A stretch of DNA of 64,000 nt from the human T2T-CHM13v2.0 reference genome, Homo sapiens. The stretch lies in assembly GCF_009914755.1 (NCBI RefSeq), contig NC_060928.1. One strand, written 5' to 3'. This document shows, one piece after another, positions 28,531-42,470 of this stretch; positions within the stretch are counted from its first letter, which is position 1, and each line of letters opens with the position of its first letter. Below the pieces are notes generated by a model. That model had not been told where the DNA came from. It did not search any database and saw only the letters and a program-made list of their open reading frames with translations. A program made the translations under genes and the position numbers.

Positions 28531-30885
28531 GATGAAATCACCCAAGGAGATTAGCTATGCAAGGGGAGAAGACAGACATTGAATGATTGAACCTTGAGGA
28601 ACAGCAGCATTTAAGGGGCAGGAAAATAAGGGGACCAGAGAAGATGATTTTTCTCTTACAAAACATTTAAAGAAAACCATGAAAGTGACAGCGTGGAAGA
28701 CAGGTGAGGAGAAAAATTCAAAGAGTGAAGGCAAATATCACAGAGAGGTGCAGGTAAAGTTGTAATGATAGGTGCTTGTTAGATTTGCTCATTCTCGAGT
28801 TACTGGAGTCTTAGGGCAGAGTCAACAGAATGATGAGGACAGAGGCAGCCTGCTGTGGTCTGAAGATAATGGGTGGAGACAAGAATACGGAAAATCTTTC
28901 CAAAGAATTTGTTTATAAAAGGGAAGGAGAGACCCAGGACGGTCAGCTGAGGCAGTGCACATCAAGAGAAATGGCTTTTAAAAAATTAGGATGCAAGGGT
29001 TTGCTGAAGTCAGAGAAGATGCTGAGAAAACAGAGAGGGGATAGGGATGGAGCAAGGGCCGGGCATTGATGAGCGGTGGAAATGCACGTCTCCAGGATGA
29101 CACACCCCTTTTCTTCTGAGAATGGTTGGAGTTCTGTAAATTGAGGTGTGTTAGCTGTACAATAACAGATGATCTAGTCCTGTAGTTCATTGAAAACCTC
29201 CCTGCCTGCTTTAGGCCTTCGGGGACTTCACCTCTTGTTGGCGGCAAGTGTTCTGAGATTGCTTCCCTGCCAACAATCTTTCCTGTGCTTTCTACCTCAC
29301 AGACTTATGCCAGATGGAGACGCTGTCACTCTTCGGGTCGGGGACCTATGCTAGCACTTCATTGCCCTGGGATAGAGCAAAAATCTGCTAATGAAGGGCT
29401 TGGAGGGCCTTTCATCATCTGTAAACATGTGCCGTGGACGCTCTTCAGGTTTGTCTCTATGTCACACAACAGTCATTGCAAAGGCTGGCCGGGGGTTCTG
29501 GCTTCTCTTCCCAGGTTTTTTATACTTTAACATTTTAAAACTTTCTTTTTCTTTCTTCCTTCCTTCCTCGTTTTCCTTCCCTACCTCCTTTTCTTTCTTC
29601 CTGTCTTTAAGGGAAGAGTAGATATCTGTTTATATCTTGGGTTCCCTTAGCCAGCTAAATTTTTTTGTGCATTAAAAGAGCATTGGTGGTTATTAGAAAT
29701 GCAAATTCTTGGGCTCCATGCTCAGGAGATTTGAATTCAGTTGCCGAGGACAAAATCCACTGTGGGTGGTCTGTGGACCACACATTAAGAAACAGTAATT
29801 CCAGTCAACACATAGGATTAGACTTTCTTATACTGTATCTTTTTATGTGCTGCTCCTCCTTTCTGGAATGTTCTCTTTTGTCTATCACATCTCACCCTCT
29901 TTCCCCATTTCCTGGGAAGATTGACCATCTGTAGCTCTATCAGACTTTCTCCTTGCTTAGTTCTTACATCTAGGCAACATAACACGAAAGTCTGAATTTG
30001 GCCATCCTCCAATTTCTCCAATTTAGCCAGTCACTTAGCAATGTGAGGTGCTGGGCTAACAAAGGAACGAGGCATGGATGTGGGTTTGGGAGGTGCACAC
30101 TCTTACAACACATCTTTTCCATAAGGGCTATTTTTCTGAATTCCCAACCAGACAGTAGGCTCCTCCAGGGCAGGGGCTGCCTTTCTTTGGAATCAACCAC
30201 AACTGTCATCCCAGTGCTGGGCGCTGAAGAGGTGGTCGGTGATTCCTGATAGGGAGAAACAGGTTTCGTCCTGAGATTTGTTGGATGAGGGAAGCTGACT
30301 CTTCCTTCTATATTTTCCTTCAAGAATAGTCCTACCAAGAAGCACCTTCTGGCCAATTGCCATTATGTGCAGTGTTTACAGTTTCATCTCCCTCAGCTTC
30401 ACCTTGCTATTGGTGTATTTGCATATACTTGCCGGTCTGGCTGTGCAGATCAACTTATCCCAGGGCCAGGCAGCCGGCCAGCCAGCGCTCCCAAACCTTC
30501 CACGCATTGTGTATGACTTCCTTTTTGGGAAGAGCCCATGTGATTTTCATGTTTTGGAGGACCTGGCCCTTGTGAAATCTCTTATGGGGAATTAGCCACA
30601 CTGAATTCCACGCTTTGTGTCTGCCCTCGGTGCTGGCAGGAGCCTATATTGTTTCATTCCCACGTCGTCACACTCCTTGGGCTGATGTGATGGTTCAGCT
30701 CGAGTTCATTTGGTATTCCCCTCTGAAATGTCACTGAGTTTTCCCACTGTTTGTTCTGAATGAACTAATAACAATTGAGGGAATCATTAGTATGCTGGGA
30801 ACACGAACTGAGACATTGTGGGTGAGCAGCAAACTGGGGCCTCCTTTGGGCATCAGCTCCTGTTGCTGTGTGGCTGCCATTTCAG

Positions 30886-30931
30886 TACTAGTGCTTTTGC
30901 TGGGTTGTGAAGAAAGAGGGTGTGCATGAGG

Positions 30932-30967
<36 letters not shown>

Positions 30968-31150
30968 CAGAGAGAGTCAGGGTGGGGGAATTACTAGTGT
31001 TTTGCTGGGTTGTGAAGAAAGAGGGTGTGCATGAGTGTGTGTGTGTGTGAGAGAGAGGGAGAGAGAGACAGAGAGAGTCAGGGTGGGGGAATTACTAGTG
31101 TTTTGCTGGGTTGTGAAGAAAGAGGGTGTGCATGAGGGTGTGTGTGTGTC

Positions 31151-31201
<51 letters not shown>

Positions 31202-31222
31202 GAGACTCAGGGTGGGGGAATT
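30886..31222. repeat. Three-copy tandem repeat (~101-130 bp unit) with an embedded (GT)n(GA)n microsatellite
   Basis: TACTAGTG..TTTTGCTGGGTTGTGAAGAAAGAGGGTGTGCATGAG starts at 30886, 30992 and 31093; each copy ends TCAGGGTGGGGGAATT. Confidence 0.95.
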
Positions 31223-32681
31223 TTCACGTCTTCCCATTTAAGCAGCTTGCCTCTGCCATTTCCATCCTTACTGGATTGCCTTCCAGTTGGATTTCAAGCT
31301 GAATGAGGGCGTGTTGCTTCTTGCCCCGTCTTCCCTTGTGGACGCATGATCTGGTTCTGGTTCTGTGAAAGTGATTTTGATGAGAAGAGCTGCTGTGAAG
31401 TGTCAGGCATTGTGCTAGGCATTTGAGATGTTAGTTACTTCTCATTCTTCAGACAATCTTGCAAAAGCACGTATGATCATCCCAGGATGGAGAGAGGGAG
31501 AAGATAAAGGGTTCCTGGAGAGTGGTAGAGCAGGGCTCAAACCTGACTCTGCATCTTTTCGCTGCTTCTCAATTCTTTTACTGCTTCACGTTGCCTCTTA
31601 AGAAGGCACATTTGCTAAGGTTTGCTGACCCTAGAGCCTCTCTCACAACCTCTATTCAATATTTGTGCAATGGTTTAAGCTCCTGCAAAGCCAGCAGCTC
31701 TATTCAGACTGGTTTCATTCTCCCTGGGGACTAAGGTGAAGTCACAAAATGCTGTGGAAGACAGCTGAAATTTGGAGTCCATTTCCCTCTTCGCAGCCTG
31801 ATAGTGTTGTTGTCTGGATCCTAGAAATCCCTGCCTAGATGTGCATCAGGAGACCGGAAAGACCTGGTCTTCGGTCAATGGTATTTTGCTTGCTAGGGTT
31901 AGCTGGCCTCAGATTCTCTCTGGATGCACCTGCACATGTTTTTCATGGCACCGGAGAGCAATCTGAAGAGCCAGGATGCATATTTGTAATAGAAACACAT
32001 CTGAACCCATTCGTCAGTAACAGAGACCATACATTTCAGGGCTTTTTTTTAATTTGGAGTCAGTTTATCATCGCTATAAAAGCATTTCAAAGGAGAATGG
32101 AGTGCACAGAGACCCTGGGGAGCAGTACAGGGAGTTCTTGGTTTGGACGGCTGAATGGTTTGGACGGCTGACTGCCTGGCCTCGGTTGAGTCACTCCCAA
32201 GGTCTGGAGTGGAGCACTAATGCTAGTGTTTAATCTGTCACAGACGCCTTGGCCTTCTCCGTGAGCTTTCCCACCTGTTCCGCCGCTGGGACCCGTGGCT
32301 GTCTCCTAACAAATAAAATGTGTGTGTTCTGTACTAGACATGTCAGTTAAGTCAAGAGAGGACGGGGTTCCATATATAGTCATGTTTGTGGTGTTGAGTT
32401 TCTTTTTTAAAAAGTCCTTTAACTAGAGATGAAAAATTAGGATAATAACTAATGATTAACTACTTTATAGGGTCCATATTTAAATGATATGGAAAATATT
32501 GTTCATATTCTAGGATAATAGGCTCAGATTTCTCTTCAAGAAGAGACAGAGACACATTTTAGAGTGGAGGAAAATTAGGACTTCTGCCCTGTTTCTTTCC
32601 AGTTTTCTGATGACATTGGGAAGAAATGAACATTTTAGGTTTTAAGTCCTGGCCAGCTGGTTGTGGTTAAAGGGAAGGTTA

Positions 32682-32996
<315 letters not shown>

Positions 32997-33694
32997 GGGA
33001 ACGTCTCTCTACAGGAAAGCCATCTGCAAGGAAAACACACTTGCTGAAACTTTCCTGGAATAGAGAAATCACTAAATTTTAGATATAAATTGGATGTTTA
33101 TGATCCAAATTAAAACCAAACTCAGTGAAGGCCTTGGGCCTAGCTATGGCATTAAGATTGTTCATCCCTTGGATCCTGTCTTACCAGAATCTTCTGGATT
33201 TTCTCTGACATGCATCACTGGTGCTCCTTATAGTTCCTTGAAAAGGTCCCCCTTCTCATTGCTCTAACATGGCAGTGAGTCCCAGATTCATCTCATTTTT
33301 GGAATATCACTGGGTGGTCTCATTAAAACCCATGCCCTTTTCTACTTAAAAATGAAAGCCGGCCCCTCCCAATTAAATCTATAGCTCCTTTTTTACTGTT
33401 TGCTGGACCTGAGAGTCATCTTGAAGTGTCTATTCAACTTTTTCTCTCAGAGGAACTCAAACTCAACTTGTCCAAAATTCAAATCTTTTGCTTCTTTCCC
33501 TTCCTCTCCCCTCTGTTTTGGTGAAGAGCATCCCCACAATCGTCCCTCAGGGCTCAAACCTGAGTGTCACCTTCCACGCCTCCCCTCAACCACCACAAGT
33601 ACATATCAGGTCAGCAAGTCTCGTGGATCACATCCTCCTTACTAGCCTCACATCCAAGTCCTGTGGACCACATTGGTATGTTACTCTCTCCTGT

Positions 33695-33841
33695 TTCTTC
33701 CTGCATTATCACATGGCAGAAGGAGAGAAGGCAGAAGCAAGCACATGAGACAGAGAGAAAAAGAAGTCCAAACGCCCAAGATAACTAACCCACTCTCACA
33801 ATAGTGGCATTAATCCATTCATGAGGGTAGATCCCTCATGG
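33695..33841 (-). repeat. Inverted copy of 38054-38199 (MST LTR fragment)
   Basis: Manual alignment: 3 substitutions plus one 1-bp indel over 147 bp. Confidence 0.95.
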
Positions 33842-35289
33842 GTACATGACCAGCTCTTGCATCGAAACCCTTGTCTCAATGCCGACTCTTTTAGTTGCTC
33901 TCACGGACTCTTCGTGGGGTGACCAGAAGCTTCTTCTCACCTCTTTCCTTGCCTTGGGCTTTACCCCTTCCCGTCCACCCTGCATGCTGCTGCCACTGTG
34001 ATCTGAAGGATAAGTATCACGGAGTACCTTCCCTGTTTAAAGTTCCTTGGGGGCTCCCCAGAAGCATTCAGGATAAATATCAGATGCCTTGACTTAGTCC
34101 ATAGTCCCTGAAGCTCTGCCTCAGATTGGGTCTGTAGCTTCAACTTCCACTACTCCCTGGACAGGTGCCCTTTCTCTAGCCATCTAAAGCTCTTGTCCAC
34201 AGAACTCCCCAAATGGCCTAGTGTTTTAAGACCTTGACCATGATTCCTCTTTGGCTTGGATTCATTCATTCATTCAGTCAGTCAGTCATTTATTCAACAA
34301 TTGTTTGTGGAGCTTGTACTGTGTACCAGACACCCTTCCATTGATTCCTGCTCTCACGAAACTCACATTCTAGTAGACGAATACAGTAAACAAGCACACA
34401 GTGAATCTCAGATAGTTCTGTAAGTTAGGAAGGCAATGCGCCAGGGTCATGAGATCGCCAGTACTAAAAGGTATATGTGATGAAATTACGTGGGATGTGC
34501 GTGTGCTCATGCAGAAAAGCAACTAAGACCTCCTGAGCTCAAGAGAGCTGCCCAAAGTTGGGGGGCACCAAGTGGCAGAGACAGTGGTTAAACATGGCAG
34601 TGTGGGTCCAGCGTCCACACGCACGGCTCTTGATGTGCACTTTATCCTGGGATGCAGCTGAATACTTGGCACATAGCAGCCAAGTACATGGAAGGAGGGG
34701 AAGATAAAATTTCCACATGTGTCCAGGACCATTTAAAGCTATTTCCCACACTTTTAATTCACTCGTTTGGAATAATGTGTGTTACAAATTCACGCTACAC
34801 GATCTATGGCGTTCATCATCTGGAAAGAAGGGTCTACTCCCAAAGGCAGGCTATTGAGTTCAAATGCACCAGTGGATCCAATTTCTTCTTGTGAAAATAC
34901 AGGTGGAGTAGATGAATATTTTTTAAAATAAACATGAACCAATCTGTTAAAAAAAATGGTGTATGTGAATCTGCAGGGGCTGTCTTAGACAGCGTTCTGT
35001 GGGAAGGTCCTCCTGAGAAGGGCTATTTTTCCAGAGATCTCAGCTGGGAGGGAAGAGCCAGGAGCTGTGAGGAACAGCGGCGTAAAGGCCCTGAGTTGAG
35101 AATACCCTGAGTGTTTCAGGGGTGTTTACAAGGCCAGTGTGGTTGCAGTTTAGAGATTGAGGGAGAGTGTGGTAGAAGATGAAGAGGAAGAGACCGAATC
35201 ATGTTGGACCACGGAGGCCATGACCAAGAGTCTAATTTTTTATTTAAACGGGGGAGTGATGCGATCAGATTTATATTTCAAAAAGATTG

Positions 35290-35965
35290 TTCTAAAATAA
35301 CAAGTGTTGGCAGAATGTGGAGAAATTGAGGGACTCATATATTACTGGTGGGGATGTAAAATGGCACAGCCACTACGGAAAACGGTTTGGCAGCTCCTCA
35401 GTAAGTTACCTCACAGACTCACCATAAGATCCAGCAATTCACTCCTAGGAATATAACCAAAGTAATCAAAAACCGGTGTTCAAACAAAAATGCATACATG
35501 AACGTTCATAGCAGCACTATTCACAATAGCCAAAAGGTGGAAGCAGCATAAAAGTCCATCAGTTAATGAATGAGTAAACAAAATGTAGTGTATCCAAACA
35601 TTGGGATGTCACTCCGCCATAGAGGAGAATGAAACATTTATACATGCCACGGCATGCATGAGCCTTGAAAACATTATACTAAGTGAGAAAAGACAGACAC
35701 GAAAGGCCACATATTGTATGATTCCACTTATATGAGTATCCAGAGTAGGCAAGTCCATAGAAATAGGAAACAGATTAGTAGTTTCCAGGGGCTGGAAGGT
35801 GTGGGGAACGGGGAGTGACTATTTAATGGGTACAGGTGTCCTTTTGGGGTGATAAAAAGGTTCTGGAACTAGGTGTTGGGGGTGGTTGTAGAAATTGTAA
35901 GTTTACTTAATGCCAGGAATTGTATTCTTTAAAATGGTTCAAAAGGTCAATTTTATGTTATGTGT
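35290..35965 (+). mobile_element. L1MB-type 3' fragment
   Basis: GGATGTAAAATGGCACAGCCACT..GATCCAGCAATTCACTCCTAGG..TGTATGATTCCACTTATATG..AGATTAGTAGTTTCCAGGGG. Confidence 0.85.
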
Positions 35966-37967
35966 ATTAGTCAGCTTGGGCTACCATAACAAAATCTGGC
36001 AAACTGAAAGGTTTAAATCACAGCAATTTGTTTTCTCATGGTTCTGGAGACCGAGGAGTCCAAAGTCAAGGTGCCAGCAGGGTTGATGGCCGGAGGGGCC
36101 TCTCCCCTTGGGTGGCAGATGGCTGCCTTCTCGCTGAGAGCTCATGTGGCTGTGGTCTAAGGATGTAAAATGGGTTCAGCCAGCTTGCTAGTATGCTAGT
36201 TCAATCCTTTGCTTTGCATTTTTTTAATTTCCATTCTCCAACTAGCAAACTGACTTGCCACAGATTACAAATTTCCTGAAAATTAAACCATAAAGGGATT
36301 TAAAATCTATTTTAAGATGTGTCAAACATCTTGAAAAAAGTTAATGAACTATGTATTTTTTAAGATAGTGTGCTGCCTAAAAAGATAAGCCAAATACTTT
36401 GAACGTTATGCTAGTCAGCAGGTGAAATACAAAAATGAATTGCACATTTTCTCGAAAGCATGATTTTTAAAAGAAAAAAAAAGAAATGAAGTGAAGATTA
36501 AAAAGAGAAATTTGCATCTGTGGGTGTCCTAGAGAAGCAACTGTAATGACTGCCTGCCATTCATGTGCCACGGGGTAATCTATTCAGAGGAGGTGTGCTC
36601 TTTATTCTGGGGTAATGCTGTATGGTTTCTCTCTCATAGGTTAAATTTAGCCCTCTAACTTATAATGTACTTACTTATACAGGGCTTCATTGGCATCAAG
36701 ATGTCTTTTAGCTAAATATTTTTTGAAGGTATAATAGACGAGATAGTGATTGACTTGAGAGATTGGTGGGAGGCTTCACAGGCATTCCTAGAATTGCAGA
36801 CAGTTTCATTTTAAAAAGCAGTTTAAAACAGAAGACACAGAATTCATCTGTCCAGGAGCTTTTAGTATTGCCTGGTTGTGGTGAAGAGGCCAAGCAGTGG
36901 CAACCAGGATAGAGTCCTTAGTATAATGTTTTTTTACTGGTCTTTTACTGGGGCCCTCAAATTAGAAAAGATATCTCTACTGAAAAATTCTCTACGAGAG
37001 TCCTAAGATCCTTACATTGTTATACCCAGTTTTGAAATTAAAATTTAATTGATTATTGCAGTTTTAAATGAATTGTCAGGAACTTGGGATTTCTTTTATT
37101 GATATCATTATGTGTCTTCACCATCTTCTATTAAGATTTTGATGGGTTATCTCAAGATTAGCACCCAGATTTTAATTTATTTAAAGAAAATTGTGGTGTC
37201 ACTTCTGGGGACACAGACAAACAAAACAAAGGAAAATAAAATAACCAGGTAAGTCAACATAGATTGCTCATACATACTGCAACTCAAGTTTTGAGTTTCT
37301 AAGTTTCTCCACCATTTGGCATGAATAAAGATAAGGCCATTTCTCATTGTCTTCTGTATGAGGTCCCTCTTTGAAGCAAATACTCTCAATGAAAGAAAAT
37401 ACATATTTGCAACACCCTGGAATTCAAGATTGTCTGGGCATATGTGAAGTACTTGTGAATCCACTGGGTACTAAATTGGTATTTAAATAAAGAGGATTTA
37501 CATGAGTAACCCCTTCTGAAGAAACTGATCCTAAAGGAAGATACAATAAGAAGTTGGATAAATACTCAAAACTGGTGCAAGTCCATGGACTGGTTTAAGA
37601 GGGAAAGGGTTATTCTAGGTGTAGCTGGTAGTTATCATTTCAGATAAGCCATGTCAAAGCATTTCTGAGTCCCAAAAAAGAAGTTACAATAAAATAATGA
37701 GAAAGAGTGATGTTATAAAAATATCTATGGGATTTGAGCACACATGCTGCCAGAAAACTGGTAGTTTCGGAGGGTACATTTCTTAGTGAGCACACTCTCA
37801 ACATGCCATGAATAGTTGTTGGGCATTGGTGGCCTTGGAACAGAAGTAGGTAGTAGACATTAGCAGCTGTATCACTGCCTCTGGGAGTGAGCACAGCATG
37901 GACTTGGCTTAGGCTTGTTGCCTGCTCTCCTGGGAACTGTTATCAGGATCAGTGACTTTAGTGGGTA

Positions 37968-38329
37968 GTATGGTTTGAATGTCCCCACCAAAACTGACAT
38001 TTAATTGCCATTGTGACAGTGTTAGGAAGTGGAGCCTTTGGGAGCTGATTAGGCCATGAGGGATCTACCCTCATGAATGGATTAATGCCACTGTTGTGAG
38101 AGTGGGTTAGTTATCTTGGGCGTTTGGACTTCTTTTTCTCTCTGTCTCATGTGCTTGCTTCTATCTTCTCTCCTTCGCCATGTGATAATGCAGGAAGAAG
38201 GCCCTCACCAGGCCCAGTGCCATGCCCTTGGACTTCCCATTCTCCAGACTGTGAGCCAATAAACTTCTACTTTTTACAAATTACCCAATCTGTGTTATTT
38301 TGTATAGCAGCAGGAAATGAACTAAGACA
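37968..38329 (+). mobile_element. MaLR solo LTR (MST-type), apparently full length
   Basis: Begins TATGGTTTGAATGTCCCC, ends AATAAACTTC..TTACCCAATCTGTG..AACTAAGACA. Confidence 0.85.
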
Positions 38330-38384
38330 TAGGCATAAGCAGGAGTGATGACAGCTTCTCTAAGCAATGGTGGTTTTGACTTTA

Positions 38385-39226
38385 TGATGTTTAATTTTAT
38401 GTGTTAACTTCTCTGAGCCATTGGATGCCTAGATAGCTGGTTAAACATTACCTCTGGGTGTGTCTGAGAACGTTTTCAGATGGGATTAGCATTTGAATTG
38501 ATGGACTGAGTAAAACAGATGGCCCTCCCCACTGTGGGTTGTCATCATCCCATCCATGGAGGGAATGAATGGAGGAAGATTGAATGAAGTTTGCATGACT
38601 GAGCTGGAACATTAATTTTCTCCTGCCCTTGCACTTGTATTCTCAGGCCTTCAGACCTGGCCCGGAATCTATGTCTTTGGCTCTCCAGCTCTAAGGCCTT
38701 AACTATACCACTGGCTTTCCTGAGTCTCCAGCTTGCAGATGTAGATCATGAGACTTCTCAGCCTTCATAATTACATCAGCCAATATCTTATGATAAGTCT
38801 ATCTATCTGTTTATCTACCTATCATCTATCTGTATCAACCCATTCTTGCATTGCTGTAAAGAAATACCTGAGACTGTGTAATTTACAAAGAAAAGAGGTT
38901 TAACTGACTCCTGGTTCCACAGGCTGTATGGGAAGCATGGTGGCATCTGCTCAGCTTCTAGGGAGGCCTCAGGAAATTTACAATCATGGCAGAATGTGAA
39001 GGGGGAGCCAGTACTTCACATGACTGGAAGCAGGAGGAGGAGTGTGGGGGAGGTGCCACACACTTTTAAACAAGGAGATCTTGTGAGAACTCACTCACTA
39101 TCACAACAACAGCACCAAAGGGAAAAATCCATCCCCATGTTCCAATCATAGCCCACCAGGTCCCACCTCCAACATTGGGGATTAAAATTGGACATGAGAT
39201 TTGGGTAGGGACACAGATCCAAACTT

Positions 39227-39275
<49 letters not shown>

Positions 39276-39375
39276 ATCAATCTATCTTCTATCATTTATC
39301 AACAATAGATATATTCACAGATATATACTTGTGGATTGGCTTTGGAGCCACCCTGAGTAACCCTGAGTAACACAG
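38385..39375 (+). mobile_element. MLT2 (ERVL) LTR interrupted by a reverse MSTA/B LTR (38831-39226) and TATC repeats
   Basis: TGATGTTTAATTTTATGTGTTAACTT..CTGGGTGTGTCTG (MLT2); AAGAAATACCTGAGACTG..TTTACAATCATGGCAGAA..GAGATTTGGGTAGGGACACAG (MST). Confidence 0.75.
39228..39275. repeat. (TATC)12 tetranucleotide STR
   Basis: 12 perfect units counted. Confidence 0.95.
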
Positions 39376-40505
39376 ATTTCATCTAGATTCATTGGTATAA
39401 GCTGGCACTGTTGGTGTAAACAGTTGTAGGCACTGGCCCATGAAAGGCGGCCATTGTGGAACACATGTGAGATACTCCTGGGGAAATAAAGGAAAATTGG
39501 GGAGGAATCCAAGGAGAGTTGGAGTTCCTATAGAATTATGGGGGCAGAAGCAGTGTTTTAGTTTTCTATCTTTAATTGCGACCCTCTTTTTATCCCAGGT
39601 TGGAGCAACCAGAGAATAATATTTGGTTAGTTTGGACCAGTTCTCAGCTTAAATTTTTGATGTTTGGAGGTTTTAGGTGCTTGGAGGGAATCGATGAATA
39701 ACTGAGAAAGTCTTGCAAAGCATTCTTTTCCTTTCTGTTCTTTCAGTCTTTCTTCTGTTCACCTTAAAAATGTCAAAAATTCCTTAATTCCAAGATTTTC
39801 AATGTAATTTTGTATTAAAAGAGCCTCTTATAAGAGTAAATGTTTCATTGATATTTTTTTCTACTAATGTGAAAAGAACATAAGTGAGGATGAGTTTTAT
39901 TGAGCCCTACAGGCCAGAGCCAACTAGATAGATCCCTTAAGAAAAGTTCATGGTTGTTACTTTGGAAGTTGGGCATCATTACTTTCCATCCTGTCATCTG
40001 CTCCTCAGTGGCTCAGCTCTATGTTGATCATTAGACTCAGACATCACCTTGGAGTCTGGCAAACAGCTGCTGCCCAATTTGGTTTAAGGCTAGAGTCTTT
40101 TCTGGCAAAGAAGATGGATCTGCTCTTTCCAGAAGAGTTGGTTTGAATTTAAACAATGTGCATGTCTGCCAGGTCTGCAGAGAACAGAATGAAAGCCAGC
40201 AGGATACCTAGCCTGTGAGCTGGCCTGGAGGGTACAGGCAAGGCCTGTAAACTCAGGAGCCTGGATGCTAAAGGATTAAATATTGAGCTCTCAAGCCAGC
40301 AAAACCCAGTCATGGAACAATTGCGTAGTCTTGGATCTTGGTACACCACATTGTATCTCCTGAAAATACTTACATACTGCAAAGATTAGGTATAGCCTGG
40401 TCCTAAACCCCCCTGGCCATATATCATACTTAACGAAAATGGTAATAGTAATAGTAATTTATTATTACTACTAGAAATATTTTGAATAATATTGTATTAA
40501 ACTAG

Positions 40506-40845
40506 CTATGATGGTTAATATTAAGTGTCAACTTGATTGGATTTAAGAATGCCTAGAGAGCTGGTAAAGTATTATTTCTGGGTGTGTCTGTGAGGGTGTT
40601 GCCAGAGGAGTTGGACATTGGAGTCAGTGGACTGGGAGAGGAAGACCCACCCTCGATGTTGAGCTCTCAAGACTTTTGGACGTGGACAGATAGATGCATT
40701 ACTGGCTTCCTTCCTCCTCAGCTTACAGACGAGCTATGGTGGGACTATACCTTGTGATTATGTGAGTCAATTCTCCTTAATAAACTCCCTTTCATGTATA
40801 CATAGATCCTACTAGTTTGTCCCTCTGGAGAACCCTGCTATATAC
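40506..40845 (+). mobile_element. MLT2A/B (ERVL) solo LTR
   Basis: TGATGGTTAATATTAAGTGTCAACTTGATTGGAT..GGAAGACCCACCCTC..GTCCCTCTGGAGAACCCTG. Confidence 0.85.
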
Positions 40846-41929
40846 TAGCCATTACATAGCCATTGTGAATCTACCAGCTTCTCACTTATTTGATTGTCTC
40901 ATAAACTCCCACATGTCTAGCATTGTGAAATGGCACAGAAAAATGAAACAAGAAATGACATTTTCTGACTTTGAGAAGACAAGATATGCTTTATAAAGTA
41001 ACTGGAGTGTAATACAAGGGTAAACTGACTGTTAGAGGTTCCAAAAGTTAAAGACAATTCTGACAAAAAAAAATTGTATGGGTGGGAAATAGTCAGTGAG
41101 GCAAAGGTCCCTGAATGCTTTGCACATCATGAGGAAAGGGTTTAATCTTAGCTGGCAGAGAAGAGAGGATTTAGCTTTGTAGGCTGGTAGCAAAGATTAA
41201 TTAACTTAAGCAGAAGAATTCGTTGCCTGGAATGGAGGCAGGGCTGAACAATCTTGGAGAAAATATATGTTCTTAATCAGATGGAACTGATGACACAGGC
41301 TCATAGAAGCGATTGTGGAACAATCCAGACATGGAGAAAGAGTAAATGCTGGCACATCAACTGCAGTGGTGCCGATGAACACGAGGACAGCAGAAATACC
41401 TTTAAGATGCAGCAAAGCTTATGTGTGCAGGGGACCTAGCTTTGATCTTCTGGACAAAAGCAGTGACCACAGAATAGCTTTGCACATACAATTAGAAACT
41501 GCTGATGTTACCAGTAGAGATGAGTCCCTGGCATCATTGCAAGTAGGGACATGCTCAGTGGGAAAGGACTGTTGGAATCTCAGCCACATTCCCATTCTCA
41601 GAGACAATATTCTTGGTCATTTTCTTTTTCAGTCCTCCATTACCTCCAGAACTTTTTGTGCCTCTGAATCTGTGTGTTTACTCTACTTCCCCTCCATCCC
41701 TTTAGGGCCCTTGTTCTCCTGGAGTAATCTTCCTCATCCTTCAAAAATCACTTCTCTAACACCCCAAAGAAGCTCTCAGTCTTCTAGGTTAGTATTTCTA
41801 CTTTGTAAATAGCTCTACTTTAGCACTTATATTTGATTATATTTAGTCATTTAAATGTGGATCTTTCACCCCAGATTGTTCATTCTTCAAGGACAAGGGG
41901 CTATGTCTTATTTATAGTAAATGCAGGGA

Positions 41930-42470
41930 TTGGGCTTAGTCTTGGCTTTGAATCCCTGCTTTACTACTAACTTGTTCTGTGGCTTTTAGAAACATGATTA
42001 ATTTCTCTTTACCGCATGCCCTTCATTTATAAAATATGGCAAATAGTATCCACTTAATAAGGTTACAAATTAAAAACTAATCAAGATAATGTATGTAAAA
42101 CACCTGTCATAGTGACTGGTTCATAGAAACTCAACATTAATTTTTTTCTTCCTTTCTCGCTTTTGATATAGCAAGGCTCAGCACAGTGCCTTATGTATAG
42201 CAGAAACTCAATAAATTTCAGTGGAACTTACAAATGTTAAAATTTACTGAGTGCTTACCACATTCCAGGCACTGTTCAAAGCTCTATAGATGTATAGTAA
42301 CTCATTTAATACTGTGCCTAACAGCATGGAGAAAGCACTATTAATATGCCCATTTTATTTATGAGGAAACCAAGACATAAAAAAGCTAAATACTTCCTCA
42401 GGGAACATCCAGCAAATAAATGGCAGAGGCAAGATTTGAATCTAGGTAGATAGGACTCTGAAGTCCATGA
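41930..42470. mobile_element. Two MIR copies in opposite orientation with L2 remnants
   Basis: TTTGAATCCCTGCTTTACTACT..CATTTATAAAAT and CCCATTTTATTTATGAGGAAACCAAG..GATTTGAATCTAGG. Confidence 0.6.

Noticed and set aside
32140-32171. Short tandem duplications (also ~22397, ~25410, ~39351, ~60033)
   Set aside because: Ordinary slippage duplications of 7-17 bp with no further structure.
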